Source of the DNA: Candidatus Poribacteria bacterium
GTDB lineage: Bacteria > Poribacteria > WGA-4E > WGA-3G
Length of the DNA stretch: 64,000 nucleotides
Direction: 5' to 3'
NCBI GenBank assembly: GCA_963663765.2
Contig: CAXXUA010000013.1
Span: 224,001 to 288,000, forward strand
In this document: one piece after another, positions 40,440-49,268 of the stretch
Layout of the letters: every line of letters starts with the position of its first letter
How positions within the stretch are numbered: the stretch's first letter is position 1
Notes under the pieces: model-generated
Seen by the model: the letters and a program-made list of their open reading frames with translations, nothing else
Database searches by the model: none
Told to the model about the DNA's origin: nothing
Made by a program: the position numbers and the translations under genes

Positions 40440-42292
40440 AAGTCCTCTCCATTTCTCACCAGAGTGTCATCAGAGAGTGGTGCAGACTTCCGTATCGAAT
40501 TCTCTTTATCCGTCTTATTCGTCTTTTCAGTTACATTATTTATGTTTCTGTTAGTCCTTTTTCTTGGACCGGTTTCAAGAAAACCTGTCCTTTCAATATA
40601 TTTTAGTGATTGCATTGCAATCCGCTTAAATACAGGTCCTGCAATTTGTCCACTAAATCTCGCTCCAGTAGGTTCGTCAAGCGTAACAATAATTGCAATC
40701 TTAGGATTATCAGCGGGAAGAAATCCCATAAAAGACATTACCTCTTTACCAGCACGATATCCCTTACCTTTTTCTGCTTTCTGCGCAGTACCAGTTTTTC
40801 CTGCTACACGAACTCCTTCTATTCTTGCCCTCTTGCCACTACCTTCTTCAACCACACCAACAAGAATCTCTGTCATTGTTCTGGCAATTTCTGGACGCAA
40901 TACTCTTCGTACATTTGCGGGTTTGTTCTTTTGTACTATATTACCGTGTGCATCGCGAATTTCCTTTGTGATATACGGACGCCGCAATATTCCACCGTTC
41001 GCAATGACTGCTAATGCATTCACCATCTGTAATGGCGTAACAGAGATACCTTGACCGAAAGGAACAGCTGCAAGTGAGTTTGTATCCCAATTCTTCAACG
41101 CATAGAGGTTACCCAGCTTTTCATAGGGTAGATCAACACCAGTCTTTTTTCCAAATCCAAACTGGTAAACATAATTCTGAAACGAGTCTATACCTAATTT
41201 CTGAACAATTTTTATCATGCCAATATTGCTTGATTTCTGGACGACTTCCGATAAGGACAGCCATCCTTTTTCTGATACATCCCTTATGGTACGACTGTTT
41301 GCCAGACGAAAACTACCATATTCACAGAATACAGCAGATTCTGGAGTCAAAACGTTTTCGTTAAGCACCGCTGAGGACGCAACAATCTTAAATATGGATC
41401 CCGGTTCAAATACATACCAAATACCCAAATTGCGTTTCGCTTCTTCACTGGCATTCGTCTGGTCATTTATGTCATAAGTTGGATAACTTGCCATCGCTAA
41501 TATTTCAGAAGTTTCTACAGCCAATACAATAGCTGTCCCTTTTGATGCATTCCATTCTTCACAACCTTTCTCAAGTTCCTTTTCAGTAATCCGCTGAATG
41601 TATCCATCAAGCGTAAGTACTACATTACAACCAGTATTATTAAGAGCATTTGTGGTAGATTGTGTACGTGTAGAAACAGGGGTTAATGCAGAAGCGTGCT
41701 CTATAAACGAAGGATGAAGATTTTCAAGATACTGGTCATACAAGAGCTCAACACCTTCTCCCTTCTTCTCATCATTAAGATAACCAATAACTTGTGAAGC
41801 CAATGTCTTTTTTGGGTACACTCGTCTGGGTTCAACTGAAATCTTCAGTCCGCGATGATTACTGGTAATGTTTCGAATTGCATCATACTTTTCATAGTCA
41901 ACATCCTTTTTGAGCCACACAAATTCTACGTACTTTTCGTTCTGCTTACGTTTCAACTTTTCAAGCAACACAGTTTTAGTTTCTTCCAAAATTGGCGCTA
42001 ATTCTGTTGCAACACTATACGCATTAGATTTAAGATTAAAGGTCTTTGGATCTACCGATACTGAAAGTGTATCTTGGCTGATACCTAACACACTTTGATG
42101 ACGGTCAAGTATTTTGCCTCGTTTGACGTCCTGTTTACCACGAATTCGCCAATCCTTTCGTGACAAAAACTCATCACTTAAGCCAGAATATTGAATCGTA
42201 AATAGTTTTCCTATTAACACAAGAAAACCTATCTGTAATACAATAAGCGTGAATACAAGCCGTCGTATTGAGAGGTGTGTGTTGTTTTTCAT
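40436..42292 (-). CDS. ftsI: Class B penicillin-binding protein FtsI/PBP3
   Basis: RG.I.DR, R.YP, EPGSIFK (SxxK), KSSN (SxN), GKTGTAQK. Confidence 0.94.
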   Translation of the reverse strand: MKNNTHLSIRRLVFTLIVLQIGFLVLIGKLFTIQYSGLSDEFLSRKDWRIRGKQDVKRGKILDRHQSVLGISQDTLSVSVDPKTFNLKSNAYSVATELAPILEETKTVLLEKLKRKQNEKYVEFVWLKKDVDYEKYDAIRNITSNHRGLKISVEPRRVYPKKTLASQVIGYLNDEKKGEGVELLYDQYLENLHPSFIEHASALTPVSTRTQSTTNALNNTGCNVVLTLDGYIQRITEKELEKGCEEWNASKGTAIVLAVETSEILAMASYPTYDINDQTNASEEAKRNLGIWYVFEPGSIFKIVASSAVLNENVLTPESAVFCEYGSFRLANSRTIRDVSEKGWLSLSEVVQKSSNIGMIKIVQKLGIDSFQNYVYQFGFGKKTGVDLPYEKLGNLYALKNWDTNSLAAVPFGQGISVTPLQMVNALAVIANGGILRRPYITKEIRDAHGNIVQKNKPANVRRVLRPEIARTMTEILVGVVEEGSGKRARIEGVRVAGKTGTAQKAEKGKGYRAGKEVMSFMGFLPADNPKIAIIVTLDEPTGARFSGQIAGPVFKRIAMQSLKYIERTGFLETGPRKRTNRNINNVTEKTNKTDKENSIRKSAPLSDDTLVRNGEDL

Positions 42293-42409
42293 TTATCTTT
42301 CTACTTTCTAAAAACTATGTCAACATGCTGATGAACCTTCAATAGTAATAAGAAACATGAGACAGGTTTCTAAATATTTCATAACATCTTCTTCTAAATT
42401 CAATATAAA

Positions 42410-42733
42410 CTACCTACCTAAGAGTTCTATCGGTTTTCCAGTGGGTTCAACCAAACCCAATTCTTCAGTTAACTCACGGACTCTTTCAACATCAACTAAC
42501 GCGTTTTCTTCTAATTCCAAACCTTGAATCTCATACTGAATTTTGCTTCTTTGTTCATCAAAAATAGGTCTTTGTTGTAATACAACCTGTTTAGCATACG
42601 ATGAAAACCAGATACTCGCTACAAAAACAAATAATGATAATCCAAGTACGATATAGACAAATAACATCGCTACTTTTGGTTCAGATTGCTGTTGTTCTAC
42701 AAACAGTTGAGTATAATTCCCCGAAGTACGCAT
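42410..42733 (-). CDS. ftsL: Cell division protein FtsL
   Basis: Single TM, coiled coil and RVREL.EELGL..P; between rsmH and ftsI. Confidence 0.75.
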   Translation of the reverse strand: MRTSGNYTQLFVEQQQSEPKVAMLFVYIVLGLSLFVFVASIWFSSYAKQVVLQQRPIFDEQRSKIQYEIQGLELEENALVDVERVRELTEELGLVEPTGKPIELLGR

Positions 42734-42794
42734 TATATAAACTTATACGTAGGTTTTAATAATTTGATACAAAGTTTTTACTCACAAATTTGTC

Positions 42795-43763
42795 TTATAA
42801 TCGGGTTGCGACACGTAATTTTGCACTACGTGCACGCGGGTTAGTACCAATCTCATTTTCTGATGGCAAAACCGGACGTTTTGTAACAATTTTCAAACGC
42901 TTCTTATGCTCACATATACAGATAGGTGTCTTCGGAGGACAAATACAACTTTTCGCACACTTTTGAAAATGATGCTTCACTATTCTATCCTCAAGCGAGT
43001 GAAAACTAATTACAATAAGAACTCCACCCGGTTTCAATACATTGACTGCACCCTCTAAACCACAAGATAGATTCTCAAGTTCCTTGTTCACCGAAATACG
43101 TAATGCTTGAAAAACTCGCGTTGCTGGATGAATGTTTCTACTCTTTTTTAGGCTTGATCGGATTGATCTTGACTTCGGCTTGTAATAAGAATATACATCT
43201 TCTACGATACCTGCAAGTTGGATAGTTGTTTTTACCGGTATTTTCTCACGTACAAAGACAATATTTTCTGCAATTTGCTTGGCATATCGTTCTTCACCGT
43301 ACTCTTTGAATATATCTGATAGTTTTTCAACAGGACTGTCGTTGATTATATCTGCAGCAGAAGTTGACATCTCAACATCCATTCGCATATCTAAAGGTCC
43401 TACTCGTTGAAAACTGAAGCCTCTATCAGCAGAATCAAGATGTAATGAAGACACTCCCAGATCCAACAATACACCATCTACTTCGCTAATCCCAAAGTCT
43501 AATAATAAGTTATGAATTTGGGCAAAGTTGCCTTTTACCAGACTGAACCGTTCCTTGTATAATTGCAACCTTTTTTTAGTGATTTCAAGCGCATGCACAT
43601 CAAGATCAATACCAATCAACCTACCATTCGGAGATGAATGTTCTAATATACACTGACTGTGTCCACCTAAACCAATGGTGGCATCTACATAAACGCCCTC
43701 CGATTTTGGTTTGAGAAAATCAATCACCTCATCTCGTAAAACTGGAATGTGTGATTCCGACAT
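42795..43763 (-). CDS. rsmH: 16S rRNA m4C1402 methyltransferase
   Basis: HIPVL, DATIGLGGH, DLGVSS, PLDMRM, HPATRVFQALRI, ISFHSLEDRIVK, NPRARSAKLR. Confidence 0.97.
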   Translation of the reverse strand: MSESHIPVLRDEVIDFLKPKSEGVYVDATIGLGGHSQCILEHSSPNGRLIGIDLDVHALEITKKRLQLYKERFSLVKGNFAQIHNLLLDFGISEVDGVLLDLGVSSLHLDSADRGFSFQRVGPLDMRMDVEMSTSAADIINDSPVEKLSDIFKEYGEERYAKQIAENIVFVREKIPVKTTIQLAGIVEDVYSYYKPKSRSIRSSLKKSRNIHPATRVFQALRISVNKELENLSCGLEGAVNVLKPGGVLIVISFHSLEDRIVKHHFQKCAKSCICPPKTPICICEHKKRLKIVTKRPVLPSENEIGTNPRARSAKLRVATRL

Positions 43764-43792
43764 ATTCTAACCTCACCATTTAACTATCATAT

Positions 43793-43809
43793 AGCAATAT
43801 TTATGCCAA
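43793..43809 (-). promoter_or_regulatory. Putative sigma54 (-24/-12) promoter at the head of the dcw cluster
   Basis: Minus strand TTGGCATAAATATTGCT has exact GG-N10-GC spacing; predicted +1 near 43782, just upstream of the GGTGAGG RBS and ATG 43763 of rsmH. Confidence 0.65.
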
Positions 43810-44024
43810 TATGTTGTTGTAGTCATATTCCTTTTGAATTGTACAAAACAATGGGAAACACACAGCATTTTTTATTGTATTTTATTAGTGACATTGTTAT
43901 AATGTTTAATGCAAACTATCGTCAGAATTCAACAAGAACTATCGCATAAATCAAACGGTTTTTCAGTTAAATAATACACAATCATTGTCAGAATATAAGT
44001 TTATTGCTACATGCGTAAAACACG

Positions 44025-44648
44025 ATGAGAATTGCAATCATGGGAGGCACCTTCAATCCTATACATTACGCACATTTGTTGAGTGCTGAACAAGTGCGTG
44101 AAGGATTAGAATTCAGCAAAATTATCTTTGTTCCCGCAGCTCGACCACCACACAAATTAAACCCAGAAATCATTGCTGCGGAGCATCGATATCAAATGGT
44201 CTTGCTAGCTACTGAAGACAACCCCTGTTTTGAAGTGTCACGAATTGAACTGGATCGTAAAGGCCCCTCATATACTATCCAAACAATTAAAGTATTACGC
44301 AGAATATATGGCGAAACAACCGATTTGGCATGGATCATCGGAGCAGATTCACTAATTGAATACAAAATATGGAAAGACTTTGATGAAGTACTTGAACAGT
44401 GCACTTTGATTGCAACAACACGACCAAATTACAACTTACAACAAGTTCCATTAGAAATATTAAATCGGGTTAAGACCTTTCAAATCACTGGGTTTGATAT
44501 GTCTGCAACTGCAATTCGACAACGTATCCGAAACAATATATCTATCCGTTACCTTGTCCCAGAAACAGTAGCAGATTATATAAACCAACATCAATTATAT
44601 AGGCCTGTCGGTCTTAGCAAAGAAAACACACATCAGAATATTAGATAA
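44025..44648 (+). CDS. nadD: Nicotinate-nucleotide adenylyltransferase
   Basis: GGTFNPIHYAHL, PPHK, SYTIQT, IIGADS...W, SAT.IR. Confidence 0.94.
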   Translation: MRIAIMGGTFNPIHYAHLLSAEQVREGLEFSKIIFVPAARPPHKLNPEIIAAEHRYQMVLLATEDNPCFEVSRIELDRKGPSYTIQTIKVLRRIYGETTDLAWIIGADSLIEYKIWKDFDEVLEQCTLIATTRPNYNLQQVPLEILNRVKTFQITGFDMSATAIRQRIRNNISIRYLVPETVADYINQHQLYRPVGLSKENTHQNIR

Positions 44649-44695
44649 AATAAAGCATACGCTTACACATCATAATTACTTGAAAGGATTTTACG

Positions 44696-44929
44696 ATGAA
44701 ACTCAAATGTAGTTTATGTGGAACACCTTATGAATTTGTCTATAAAAAAGAAAAAACTTTGCCAGAACACTTTCCATTTTGTAGTAACAGATGCAAGTCA
44801 ATAGATTTAGGAAAATGGCTAAACGAAGAATACATAATCAGTACACCACTACCTGAGGTAGAAGAATTAACTGATATTCAAAGACAAGTTCTTGATGTAT
44901 TAAAGGAAAAATCTGAAAAAAGTTGCTAA
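44696..44929 (+). CDS. yacG: DNA gyrase inhibitor YacG (zinc finger)
   Basis: CxxC...PFCSxRCKxIDLGKWLxEEY signature. Confidence 0.88.
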   Translation: MKLKCSLCGTPYEFVYKKEKTLPEHFPFCSNRCKSIDLGKWLNEEYIISTPLPEVEELTDIQRQVLDVLKEKSEKSC

Positions 44930-45604
44930 ATGATGAAACAATTAAAGGATATGACGAAAAATAAACCATTACCTGTAAACGGAAAAATACAATCATCGTT
45001 TCCTACAATAATTGAACTCAGGAAACAACCAAAGTCAATCGCTATACAGAATTATCTAATTGAAAAACTTGATCCTGAACGTTACGATCATGTCTTATCT
45101 GTTCAAGAGACGGCAGTGACGTTAGCTAAGCTACATAATGCTGATGTTCAAAAAGTCAGTGTCGCAGCACTCCTACATGACGTTGTAAAATGGATGACTG
45201 ACGATCAGTTGTATGCCGCTGTATCACGATACAATATAGAACTTGACCCAATTGAACAGAATATGCCTGCATTATTACACGCAATTGTAGGAGTGAAGTA
45301 TGCAATCGACTTGTTCCAAGTTACCGATTTAGATATTCTTGAAGCAATAAGATGTCACACAACAGGTAACGCATCAATGGGTATTACTGCAAAACTTATT
45401 TATGTCGCAGACTTTACCGAACCTACACGAGATTACATTGAAGCTGCCCAGGTGAGAAAACTTGCTGAAAAACATTTGAACCAAGCAGTTCATTATGTGG
45501 CACTAAGCAAAATCAAATTTTTGCTACAAAAGGGTTATATAATACATCCAAATACTATCCATACATACAACAGTACACTGGAAGAGAAAAATATTTCTTT
45601 TTGA
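44930..45604 (+). CDS. yqeK: HD-domain symmetrical Ap4A hydrolase YqeK
   Basis: RYDH..SV, LLHD..K, LLH..VG, AIRCHTTG, YVADFTEPTR; nadD/rsfS context. Confidence 0.88.
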   Translation: MMKQLKDMTKNKPLPVNGKIQSSFPTIIELRKQPKSIAIQNYLIEKLDPERYDHVLSVQETAVTLAKLHNADVQKVSVAALLHDVVKWMTDDQLYAAVSRYNIELDPIEQNMPALLHAIVGVKYAIDLFQVTDLDILEAIRCHTTGNASMGITAKLIYVADFTEPTRDYIEAAQVRKLAEKHLNQAVHYVALSKIKFLLQKGYIIHPNTIHTYNSTLEEKNISF

Positions 45605-45716
45605 CTATCATGGATTACCAAAAAGTTTTGACATACTTAGAACCGTTTTTTTAATGTAAACACTCACTGAAATAAGAGCTTAAAGAATTTATAGTAAAGC
45701 ATAAAATTACTTAGAC

Positions 45717-45837
45717 TAGGACTTACGCACCAAATGGTAGGCGTGTTTTGTAAGCGCGCTGGAAACATAAATAATGTTGAAATTTACATTATTTTCACAC
45801 AATTCTTGATTAAATCATGAAAACTGCATAAATCCTG
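45717..45837. mobile_element. 121-bp MITE with a 6-bp target-site duplication
   Basis: TIRs taggacttacgca / tgcataaatcctg (10/13 match) flanked on both sides by ttagac (45711-45716 and 45838-45843); homologous to 9537-9582. Confidence 0.75.
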
Positions 45838-45998
45838 TTAGACATTTCTTTAGTACAACCTGTTTGGTTGTGCAGAAACCGAACACAACAGAACAAGCTG
45901 TGATACAACACACGCAGTCTGTTAGGCTTGCTAAACGCATTGATCAATGTGTTAATGTAATTCTATAATTTACTATATATTGATTAGGAGAAGAAAAT

Positions 45999-46451
45999 AT
46001 GATGGAAAATAATAATACATTAGAAATTGTAAAAGCAGCCGCATCCGCTGCAGTAAGTCGCCGCGCACAAAATCCCGTAATTCTTGATCTACGCAAATTG
46101 GATTGTTTTACCGACTACTTCGCCATTTTTAGTGGGATATCTGATGTACAAGTTGAAGGAATATCCGAAGCTATCTTAGAAGAACTTCAGGAAAACTGGA
46201 AGCAAACACCTTGGCACCGAGAGGGAACAAATAAAGCTGATTGGATTCTATTAGATTATATAGATTTTGTTGTGCACATATTCTTAGATGAAACCCGTTC
46301 ATATTATAATCTTGAACGTCTGTGGGCAGAAGCTCCAAACATCCAAATCCCTGAAATGGATACAATTCCAACAATAGACGAACCACAAGTTTATGATGAA
46401 GATGAAATTGTCTTAGGTCTTGTTTCAGCTGAAGAGGGGGGACAGTCATAA
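45999..46451 (+). CDS. rsfS: Ribosome silencing factor RsfS (Iojap)
   Basis: ILDLR...TDYF, WILLDY.DFVVHIF..E.R.YYNLERLW; acidic C-terminal tail. Confidence 0.94.
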   Translation: MMENNNTLEIVKAAASAAVSRRAQNPVILDLRKLDCFTDYFAIFSGISDVQVEGISEAILEELQENWKQTPWHREGTNKADWILLDYIDFVVHIFLDETRSYYNLERLWAEAPNIQIPEMDTIPTIDEPQVYDEDEIVLGLVSAEEGGQS

Positions 46452-46509
46452 GAGGTTTGAAGACAAGTTCTCAAAAATCAAATCATAATTTGCAGATAGA
46501 CTCAAAAAA

Positions 46510-47244
46510 CTAATCAATATTACTTAAGAGAACTGTTACATTATCAGTACCTCCATAAGCAAGCGCTCTACTAATCAGGTTTTCACTCGCCGCCTCAAGG
46601 GATGGTGCTGTAGATATTATATTACGTGTTTCTGTGTCATTCGTAATAAGGTCATGCAAACCATCTGTACAAGCTAACACAATATCTCCAGGTGCAAGAG
46701 GAAATACATCTGACGCAAGCTTCACTTCAGGGGTTAATCCAATGGCTTGCGTTATGATATTACGTCTCGCATGAACACGACCTTCTTCAGGAGTAATTTC
46801 ACCCTTCTCTATCATCCTTTGTACTAATGAATCGTCTGTGGTTATTTGAATGAGAATATCATTATGGAGGACATACAACCGACTATCGCCAACATGCACA
46901 TAAGCCAAATAACTCGGTGTAACAAAACCTGCAGTCAAAGTCGTACCCATTCTTTGGTACTTCAACGATTCCTTACCCATAGCATATACACGTTCATTGG
47001 CTTCGGTAGCAAGTCTTTCCAAAATATTAAGACTATTTATAGGTCCCAAATCACTTACAGGATTAGCTGCTTCCGCCGTCCACTCCTCAAATATTTGAAG
47101 CGCAAGTTTACTCGCAATATCACCACGAGCATGACCACTCATACCATCAGCGATCGCAAACAAACGCTTCGATTCGTCAAAAAAATAGTAATCTTCGTTT
47201 CTTTCACGAAGATTACCTATATCTGTTTTAGCTATAAAATTCAT
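46510..47244 (-). CDS. PP2C-family Ser/Thr protein phosphatase (Stp1/PrpC-like)
   Basis: TDIG..RERNED, ADGMSGH..G..AS, MGTT, HVGDSR, RNIITQA, CTDGL, GGTDNVT. Probable ATG at 47244 (track start 47274 is TTG). Confidence 0.9.
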   Translation of the reverse strand: MNFIAKTDIGNLRERNEDYYFFDESKRLFAIADGMSGHARGDIASKLALQIFEEWTAEAANPVSDLGPINSLNILERLATEANERVYAMGKESLKYQRMGTTLTAGFVTPSYLAYVHVGDSRLYVLHNDILIQITTDDSLVQRMIEKGEITPEEGRVHARRNIITQAIGLTPEVKLASDVFPLAPGDIVLACTDGLHDLITNDTETRNIISTAPSLEAASENLISRALAYGGTDNVTVLLSNID

Positions 47245-47430
47245 CTGTTTATACCCTTCCCCTGAAACATTCAAATATTATAACGAAAACTATTTCAGTT
47301 TGTTTCATTTTGAACATAAAGTTATTAAGTTATTAAATAGAAAAATCAATTTATTTATTATGACTAATTATGGCTAATTATGCTGATTGGCTTGAACGGT
47401 ACACTAATCCTGTTCTTATAGTCATTATAG

Positions 47431-47649
47431 TACCAATTTTAAATAATATTTTCCCATTACGAAATCCAACTTTTATTGTTGGTTGGAGGAATCTATCTTC
47501 AGTAGGAGCGACCCGCGGAATACCTTCTACTAAATTTGACCTAATTTGTAGGTGCAGGTCTCCAGGGAATGCCAACATCCATTCATATCTGACGAATACT
47601 CTATCGCATTCATATCGTTGATTTGTACCTACAAACTTTAGAATTTGTA
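47431..47649. repeat. Degenerate MITE/REP-like element
   Basis: Imperfect TIR taccaattttaaa / tttagaatttgta; internal gtaggag..ttctac and tgtaggtgca..tgtacctaca pairs; 47483-47512 resembles 56524-56553. Confidence 0.5.
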
Positions 47650-47701
47650 ATGTCTAAAATATATGAGACATTAGAAAATCGTAATGACGACTCAAAAAAA
47701 C

Positions 47702-47730
47702 TTGACAAACACAAAAATACATGTTAAAAT
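47702..47730 (+). promoter_or_regulatory. Near-consensus sigma70 promoter
   Basis: TTGACA-17 nt-TAAAAT with TG extended -10 and an A-tract upstream. Confidence 0.7.
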
Positions 47731-48133
47731 AAATATAACATATAAAATATATTGAAAATTCATACAGATAAAAACATAAATATAAAAGTTTCCAAAAACT
47801 GAAAATATTTTTTCAAAATAAAGAAATATCACAATGAACATACACGTAGACAGACATAAGAGCAATTTATAAATGTTTCCAAGAAAAAGAAAAATGTTTT
47901 CATTTGAAAACATTTTGCAAGGATGGACGAAAAAACTGTATTATTTTATTCTTTGAAAGGCAGAGGTAAAGCGCAGTCGTATGTCTTTTGTAATATGATC
48001 ACAGTAAAAGATATCTTTTGTAACTCAAACAAAATAAAGATTAAATAAATATTTCTGTTATCCAATAGAGAAAAACGTCCGTAGGGACGGGATTTCCTTG
48101 TCCGAATACTACTTTACTATAAAGGAACTTTTG

Positions 48134-49186
48134 ATGTCAGATTCTACCAATATTCCTGATTTTCATAAACAGTCCCTCGTGATTGATTCACATAACGATT
48201 CCATCGTCGCACACATCCGCCGACGAAACATCAGTCTTGCAGACGAATACAAAAAGAACCCTAATCAACACAGCGGCACAATTGCTTATCTACGTGGACG
48301 AGTACCCTCAGAAGAAGATTCTATCGGCATTCAGCTCAATATACCAAAAATGCGTGAGGGAGGAATTGACGCTGCGTTCTTTGCTGTAGATGTAACACGC
48401 GCATGGAAAAATCATCTCTCCTATGCATTAGACGCTTTCGGGTGGTTCAGTACAGAGGTAGAAATCAACACCTCCGAAATTTCCATCATTCGCAATGCTG
48501 TAGACATTCAGAATGCTAAGGCTGATGGAAAAATCGCTGCTATACTCGCAATTGAAAACAGCGAAGCTGTGGAACGAAGTCTAAATATACTGAAGTCCCT
48601 TTATCTGCTCGGTGTGCGGTCTATCGGATTAACGCACAACCCAAACACATGGGCAGCATCGGGCAATGATGAAGGAGAAACCGGAGGAGGATTGACAAAA
48701 TTCGGTGTTCAGTTGGTGAAAGAAATGAATAGAATTGGAATGCTTGTAGATGTATCGCACATCAGTGAACGCGGGTTTTGGGATGTTTTAGATGTTTCTG
48801 ATGCACCCGTCATCGCCTCACATAGCAACTGCAAAACATTGTGCAACCATTCGCGTAATCTCACTAACGAACAACTTAAGGCAATTGCTGCCAACGACGG
48901 TGTGGTAGGCATCACCTTTGTACCAGGTTTCATCACGGTAGACGGTTGGAAAAAAACACCTACTTTCGCACAACTACTGAATCACATTGATTACGCAGTA
49001 GATATAGCAGGTATTGACCATGTAGGAATAGGTTCAGATTTTGACGGTGGCGGTGATTTACTCAAAGACGCAACTGAATACCCAAGAATCACTGATGGCT
49101 TAAAAGATCGGGGTTATTCAGATACAGCAACACAGAAAATTTTGGGAAGAAATATACTGCGTGTCTTTGAATCCGCATGTGGTTAA
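48134..49186 (+). CDS. Membrane dipeptidase, M19 family (amidohydrolase fold)
   Basis: DSHND, AIEN, GLTHN..N, GLT.FG..LV.EMNR.GMLVDVSH, ASHSN, RNL, GSDFDG. Likely ATG at 48134 after AAGGA (track start 48098). Confidence 0.92.
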   Translation: MSDSTNIPDFHKQSLVIDSHNDSIVAHIRRRNISLADEYKKNPNQHSGTIAYLRGRVPSEEDSIGIQLNIPKMREGGIDAAFFAVDVTRAWKNHLSYALDAFGWFSTEVEINTSEISIIRNAVDIQNAKADGKIAAILAIENSEAVERSLNILKSLYLLGVRSIGLTHNPNTWAASGNDEGETGGGLTKFGVQLVKEMNRIGMLVDVSHISERGFWDVLDVSDAPVIASHSNCKTLCNHSRNLTNEQLKAIAANDGVVGITFVPGFITVDGWKKTPTFAQLLNHIDYAVDIAGIDHVGIGSDFDGGGDLLKDATEYPRITDGLKDRGYSDTATQKILGRNILRVFESACG

Positions 49187-49268
49187 ACTATGAACCAGAG
49201 ATCAAAGAAAACTTCAACCCCCACATAAAATAAGAAAGCTTAGCAGAATTTATCTAAGGAAAATTCCT

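Noticed and set aside
40290-41054. 254-aa plus-strand ORF, and many other 60-160-aa ORFs in the track
   Set aside because: They lie antisense to or out of frame within well-supported genes (here ftsI/murE) and have no recognisable motifs, so they are treated as shadow ORFs.
47692-47913. 73-aa hydrophobic minus-strand ORF as a membrane peptide or toxin
   Set aside because: Its F/I/L/Y richness follows from the A-rich opposite strand, it overlaps a strong plus-strand promoter, and no RBS is evident.
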